Source of the DNA: the human T2T-CHM13v2.0 reference genome, Homo sapiens
Reading direction: 5' to 3' (one strand)
DNA: 64,000 bases
Assembly: GCF_009914755.1 (NCBI RefSeq)
Contig: NC_060942.1
Shown here: positions 50,244-64,000 of the stretch, in pieces
Numbering within the stretch: position 1 is the first letter of the stretch
Layout of the letters: every line of letters begins with the position of its first letter
Notes under the pieces: generated by a model
The model's database searches: none
What the model was told of the DNA's origin: nothing
What the model saw: the letters and a program-made list of their open reading frames with translations, nothing else
Position numbers and translations under genes: made by a program

Positions 50244-52664
50244 ATACACAAGTCAATAAACATGATACATCTCATTAACAGAATCAAGGATAAAAACCAT
50301 GTGATTATTTTAATAGATGCTGAAAAAGCATTTGATAAAATTTAACATCCCTTTATGATGGGTATTAAAGGAGCATACCTCAAAATAATAAAAGGCCATC
50401 TATGACAAACCCATGGCTAAACATTGTACTAAATGGAGAAAAATTAAAGGCTGAGCAATTAGGCAAGAGAAATAAATAAAGGGCATCCAAATTGGAAAGG
50501 AAGACATCAAATTAGCCTTGTTCACAGGCGACATGATCTTATACCTAGAAAAACCTAAAATCTTCACCAAAATATGTTAGAACTGATAAATGAATTCAGT
50601 AAAGTTGCAGAATACAAAACCTACATACAAAAATCAGTAGCATTTCTATATGCCAACAGCAAACAACCTGGAAAATCAAAAAAGTAATCCTATTTACAAC
50701 AGCTACAAAAAAATATAAAATACCTAAGAATCAATCTAACAAAAGTAGTGAAAGATCTATACAAGGAAAACTGTAAAACTGATGAAAGAAATAGAAAAGG
50801 ACACACATACACACACACAAATGGGAAAACATTCCATGCTCATGGGTTGGAAGAATTAATATTTTTAAAGTGACCATAGTACCTAAAGCAATTTACAGAT
50901 CCGATGCCATTTCTTTCAAAACATGAATAACATTCTTCACAGAAATAGAAAAACAATCCTAAAATGTATATGAAACTACGAAAGACCAAATAGCCAAAGA
51001 AATCCTGAACAGAAAGAGCAAAGCTGGAGACATCACACTACCTGGCTTCAAAATTTATTACAAAGCTATAGTAATCAAAACAGTATGATACTGGCATAAA
51101 AACAGATACATAGACCAATGGAACAGAATAGAGAACCCAAATATGAATCCGTGCATTTACAGCCAACTCATATTCAACCAAGGTGCCAAGAAATTACAAT
51201 GTAGAAAGGACAATCTTTTCAGTGAATGGTGCTGGGAAAACTGGATAACTATATGCAGAAGAATGAGACTAGGCCCCTACCTCTTATCATACACAAAAAT
51301 CAAACAAAAATGAATTAAACACTTGAATCCCAGACGTGAAACTATGAAACTACTAGAAGAAAGCATTGGGGAAATACTCCAAGACATTGGCCTGAGCAAA
51401 GATTTCTTGTGTGACACCTCAAAAGCACAGGCAACCAAAGCAAAAATAGACTATTAGGATTACTTCAAGCTAAAAAGCTTCTGCAGAGCAAAGGAAACAG
51501 TCCACAAAGTGAATAGACAATCAACAAAATAAAACATTTACAAACTATCCATCTGAAAAGGGATTAATAAGCAGAATATATGAAGAGCTCAAATAACTCA
51601 ATAGCAAAAACCAAAAACAATTTCATTAAAAAATGGGCAAAAGATCTAAACAGAGATTTCTCAAAATAAGACATACAAGTGGCCAACAGGTATATGAAAA
51701 AATGCTCAATATCACTAATTATCAGAGAAATGCAACTTAAAATCACAATGAGATATCAGCTAACTCCAGTAAAATGGCTTGTATAAAAAATACAGGCAAT
51801 AAAAGATGCTGGTGGCTGGGTGTGGTGGCTCAGGGCTGTAATCCCAGCATTTTGGGAGGCCAAGGTGGGCAGATCACTTGAGGCCAGGAGTTTGAGCCCA
51901 GCCTGAGCAATATGGTGAAACCCCATCTCTACTAAAAATACAAAAATTAGCCAGACTTTGTGGCATGCACCTGTGTCTCAGCTACTCAGGAAGCTGAGGT
52001 GGGAGGATTGCTTGAGTTCAGAGGAGGTTGTAGTGAGCTGAGATCATGCCACTGTACTCCAGCCTGGGTGACAGAGTGAGATTCTGTCTCAAAAAAAAAA
52101 AAAAAAAAAAGAAAAAAAAGAAAAAAAAAAGATGCTGGGAGAAAGGGGAAGCCTCAAACATTGTTGTGAGAATATAAATTAGTGCAGCCATTATGGAGAA
52201 CAGTATAGAGGTTCTTCAAAAAAACTAAACACAAAACTTCCATATGATTCAGTAATTCCACTACTGGGTATATGCCCAAAAGAAAGAAAATTAATACATA
52301 TCTGTACTTCCATGTTTATTGCAGCACTATTCACAATAGCCAAGATATGGAATAAACTTAAGTACCCATCAATGGGTGAATAAAGAAAAGGTGGCATATA
52401 TACACAATGAGCTATTATTCAAACATAAAACAATGAAATTTTGTCATTTGCAGCAGCATGAATGGAACTGGAGGCCGTTATGTTAAGTGAAATAAGCCAA
52501 GTACAGAAAGACAAATATCCCAATGTTCTCACTCATATGTGGGAGCTAAAAAAGTGGATCTCATGACATAAGGAGTTAGACTGGTGGTTGCCAGAGGTGG
52601 GGAAGAGGAGGTGAAAAGCGGGGCAATGAAGGGGAAAAATATATAAATATACTATTACAGCTGA

Positions 52665-53081
<417 letters not shown>

Positions 53082-53084
53082 TAG

Positions 53085-53327
<243 letters not shown>

Positions 53328-54056
53328 TGATCTGTCTGCCTCAGCCTCCGAAAGTGCTGGGATTATAGGCGTGAGCCACCGCACCCGGACTTTTTGTTTT
53401 TCTTTTTAACTTTATTTCTATGAACTCTGCAGAGAAGTATAGTCAACAGGTCTTTAACAAGGAGCAAAGACAATTAAATGAGAAAGGATAGTCTTTTCAA
53501 GAATGGTGCTGAAACTACTGGACATCCACATGCAAAAAAAAAAAAAAATTTAGACACAGGTCTTACACCTTTCACAAAAATTAACTCAAAATGAGTCATA
53601 GACCTGACTGTAAAATGCCAAGATATAAATCTTCTGGAAGATAACACAGAGGAAAACCTAGGTAACTTTGGGTTTGGCTATGAGTTTTCAGATACAACAC
53701 CAAAAGCATTATCTATGAAAGAAAAGCCTGATAAGTTGTACTTCATCAAAATTTAGAAGTTCTACTCTGTAAGAGGCGTTGTCAAGACCATGAAAAGAGT
53801 CTGGGCACAGTGGCTCATGCCAGTCCTAGCACTCTGAGAGGCTGAGGATGACTTGAGACCAGGAGTTTGAGACCAGCCTGGGCAACAGAGCAACGCCCAG
53901 TCGAAAAAAAAAAAAAAAGGTTAAAAAGAAAAAAAGGAAATTAAAAGCCACAGATTGGAAGAAAATATTAGCAAAATTCACTTAATAAAGACTTTTATCC
54001 AAAACATACAAAGAACTCTTCAATCTGAATAATAACAAAATGAAGAACCCAATTTA

Positions 54057-54519
<463 letters not shown>

Positions 54520-54854
54520 CTATTAGAATGTCTGTAAAATCTAAAAAATGAACACCACCAAATGCTGGCAAGGAAGCGGAGCAACAGAAACTCTTATTCA
54601 TTGCTGGTGGGAGTGCAGAATGGTACAGCCTCTGTGGAAGACAATTTGGCAGTTTCTTATAAAACTAATCACAATATTACCATACAATCTAGCAATCATA
54701 TTCCTGGATGTTTACCCAAATAAACTGAAAAACTTACATCCACACAAAAACCTGCACATGAATGTTGGTAGCTCCAAAAACTAAAAGCATAATTGCCAGA
54801 AACTAGAAGCAACCATGATGCTCCTTAATAGGTGAATGGTTAAAGAAGCTGTAG

Positions 54855-54958
54855 GTGCTCGCTTCAGCAGCACATACACTAAAATTGGAAAGATACAGAG
54901 ATTAGCATGGCCCCTGCGCAAAGATGACATGCAAATTTGTGAAGCGTTCCATATTGTT
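54855..54958 (+). pseudogene. Full-length U6 snRNA retrocopy (5' half of a chimera)
   Basis: GTGCTCGCTTCAGCAGCACATACACTAAAATTGGAA...ATTAGCATGGCCCCTGCGCA...GTGAAGCGTTCCATATTGTT; several substitutions and a 3-nt deletion by the ACAGAGA box. Confidence 0.96.
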
Positions 54959-55013
54959 AACATAGGGTTTTTATACAAGAAAAATAAAGTGAATTAAGCC
55001 TGAAAAAAAAAAA
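54959..55013 (+). pseudogene. 3'-terminal fragment of RPS2 mRNA with poly-A (3' half of the chimera)
   Basis: AACA-TAG-GGTTTTTATACAAGAAAAATAAAGTGAATTAAGCCTG-An matches my recall of the RPS2 stop codon and 3' UTR; AATAAA at 54983-54988. Confidence 0.82.
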
Positions 55014-55169
55014 GAAACTGTAGTAAGTGTATAGGATGGAATATTATTCAGAAATAATATTCTTAATTATGTGAGAATATTATTTTGTGTTCAATTATTT
55101 TGTTCTCATTAATTGACCTTTTTTTTTTTTAAACCTGTCTTCACCCTCCCCTGAAAATACATTTAGTTA

Positions 55170-55529
<360 letters not shown>

Positions 55530-55532
55530 CTA

Positions 55533-56042
<510 letters not shown>

Positions 56043-56879
56043 TTAAAAAAAATGTCAAATTGAAAAAAGAGTTATCAGCCCATAAAAAGACATGGAATGG
56101 CCGGGTGTGGTGGCTCAGGTCTGTAATCCCAGCACTTTGGGAGGCTGAGGTGGGTGGGTCACAAGGGCAGGAGATCAAGACAACCCTGGCCAACATGGTG
56201 AAACCCTGTCTCTACTAAAAATACAAAAATTAGCCAGGTGTGATGGCACGTGCTTGTAATCTCAGCCACTCGGGAGGCTGAGGCAGGAGAACGGCTTGAA
56301 CACGGGAGGCGGAGGTTGCAGTTAGCCGAGATCACACCACCGCGCTCCAGCCTGTGACACAGCGAGACTGAAAAAAAAAAAAAAGACTTGGAGGATTGTT
56401 AAATACATATCATTAACTGAAGGGCACTAGGCTAACAGGCTGCATATGGTTCTGATTCTGATTATATGACATACTGGAAGAGGTAAAACTATGGAGGCAG
56501 TGAAGAGACCAGTGATTGTCAGAAGTTCAGGTAGAAGTAGGAAGGGATGAAGAGACTGAGCACAGAGAAATCTTAGGGCAGTGGAACAATTCTGCATGAT
56601 ACTGTAATGGTATCATACATATCATACAAGACATCATGCGTTTGTTAAAACCCATAGAACTGTACAACATAAAGAGTGAAGCCTAATGTAAACTATGAGT
56701 GTTGGTTGATAATACTGTGTTCATATTGGTTCATCCATTGTAACAAATGTACCACACCCATGCAAGATGTTAATAATTTAAAAAACTCTATGTGGGGAAG
56801 GGGATAAACGGAAACTCTTGGTACTATCTGCTCAATATTTTGGTAAACCTAAAGCTGTTCTAAAAAAAACCAAAGCCAA

Positions 56880-57700
56880 GCGTAGTTTGAACCATGCTTG
56901 GCTTCTTGTATAACATACCATACAGAGCAAGCATTTTTTTCTGTTCTTTGGCAAATTGTCATACTCCTTTCTAAGTTTGATCAGCTTCCAACATGTCATC
57001 TTTGTGTTTTCAATGTCATAAAATGTCTCCCAGAGTCCCTTTAATGTGAAATATTTTGCCTTCATTGCTTTCTTCAGGTCACTTTCATCCTTTTTGTCAC
57101 ACTACTTTCCTTGCTTATGTTGATCAGGCTACCTTCACTGCGTTCTTCTCGCTGTCTATAGTTTCTCTTACGGTGGCAGTGTCAACGTTCCCATGGTCAT
57201 GCATGTGGGGGAGGAGGTAAATGGGAACTCCATGCTCACCTATTTCTTCTATAACCCCATTTACATTTTATTTGATTTTCACTTCCAGCATTATCACTTT
57301 TCATTGCTTTAGCGAACTTTTATCTTAGAGGCCAAATTACCTGTTTCAATTATCCATTTTTGTAAAGCGTCACTTGGGTTTACCACTGGGAGACGAGGAG
57401 GCAACGCAACGACATTCTTTGCTGTCTGCATGTGAACTGAGTAACAGATCTGCTTTGGCCAGTCACTAGTAGACTTGGAAAGAAGGATGTAGATTGTCAG
57501 TAATCATCATATGCCTGTTATTTATGTATTGATTTGTAGACTGGAGAGATAGCTGCAAAGTTTGTATTTTATGCAATCACTTACAGTTAATATGCCACGG
57601 TAACAGAAATCTAAGCCATGATGTTGTGGTATTGGTGTATTTAACTAAACTGTGCTAACTGAAACGTGTACATATAGTAATTGTGCAAAACACAAACTGT
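56880..57700. mobile_element. Possible TcMar-Tigger DNA transposon remnant
   Basis: Non-L1, non-Alu segment with a Tigger-like terminal motif; family not resolved by eye. Confidence 0.35.
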
Positions 57701-57989
57701 AGTTCTTTTATAAAATCCAGTCTACAATTTAGTCTTTTAGTTGGAACACCTAATCTATCTACATTTAATGTAATTATAGATATAGTTGAATTTGTATCTA
57801 TAATCTTACTGTTTTCTATTTAGTCCTTCTGTATATTTCTTTTCTTACTTCTTTTGAGCTAATTCAATATTTTAAATTCCATTTTCCCCTTTGATTAACT
57901 TGTTATGCATTATTTTATAGTTATATTTCAATGGTTACCCTAAATATTATAATATGTATTTTTGAAGTTTTAAAGTCTTTTTAAAAAAA

Positions 57990-64000
<6,011 letters not shown>

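Noticed and set aside
54855-54958. Functional U6 gene
   Set aside because: It has internal mutations, a broken T terminator, a TSD and poly-A, and lies within L1 sequence with no evident PSE/TATA promoter.

Overview
Human genomic DNA: an AluYb8 is present and the miRNA hairpins match the human sequences as I recall them. The + strand carries the last nine coding exons of MIB1 (Mind bomb 1 E3 ligase; ankyrin repeats, RING1-3, coiled coil; recalled as exons 13-21, 18q11.2). They splice in frame to a stop at 39714, followed by a ~6.3 kb 3' UTR. The upstream intron holds the antisense muscle miRNA cluster MIR1-2 (4052-4136) and MIR133A1 (746-833), with a candidate TATA/CArG/MEF2/E-box promoter near 6.5 kb. 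The rest is repeat-dense: about 35 Alus, old L1/L2/MIR, three solo LTRs, a MER58-like DNA transposon, an RPL34 processed pseudogene and a disrupted near-full-length L1PA at the right end. The most notable observations are a U6-RPS2 chimeric retrocopy with target-site duplication (TSD), a candidate in-frame 21-nt MIB1 microexon, the two-strand miR-1-2 hairpin, a young AluYb8, an Alu/LTR/Alu nest and an L1 ORF0. I see no clear evidence of a wholly new biological system. Repeat subfamily names and most repeat boundaries are approximate and come from memory of consensus sequences.
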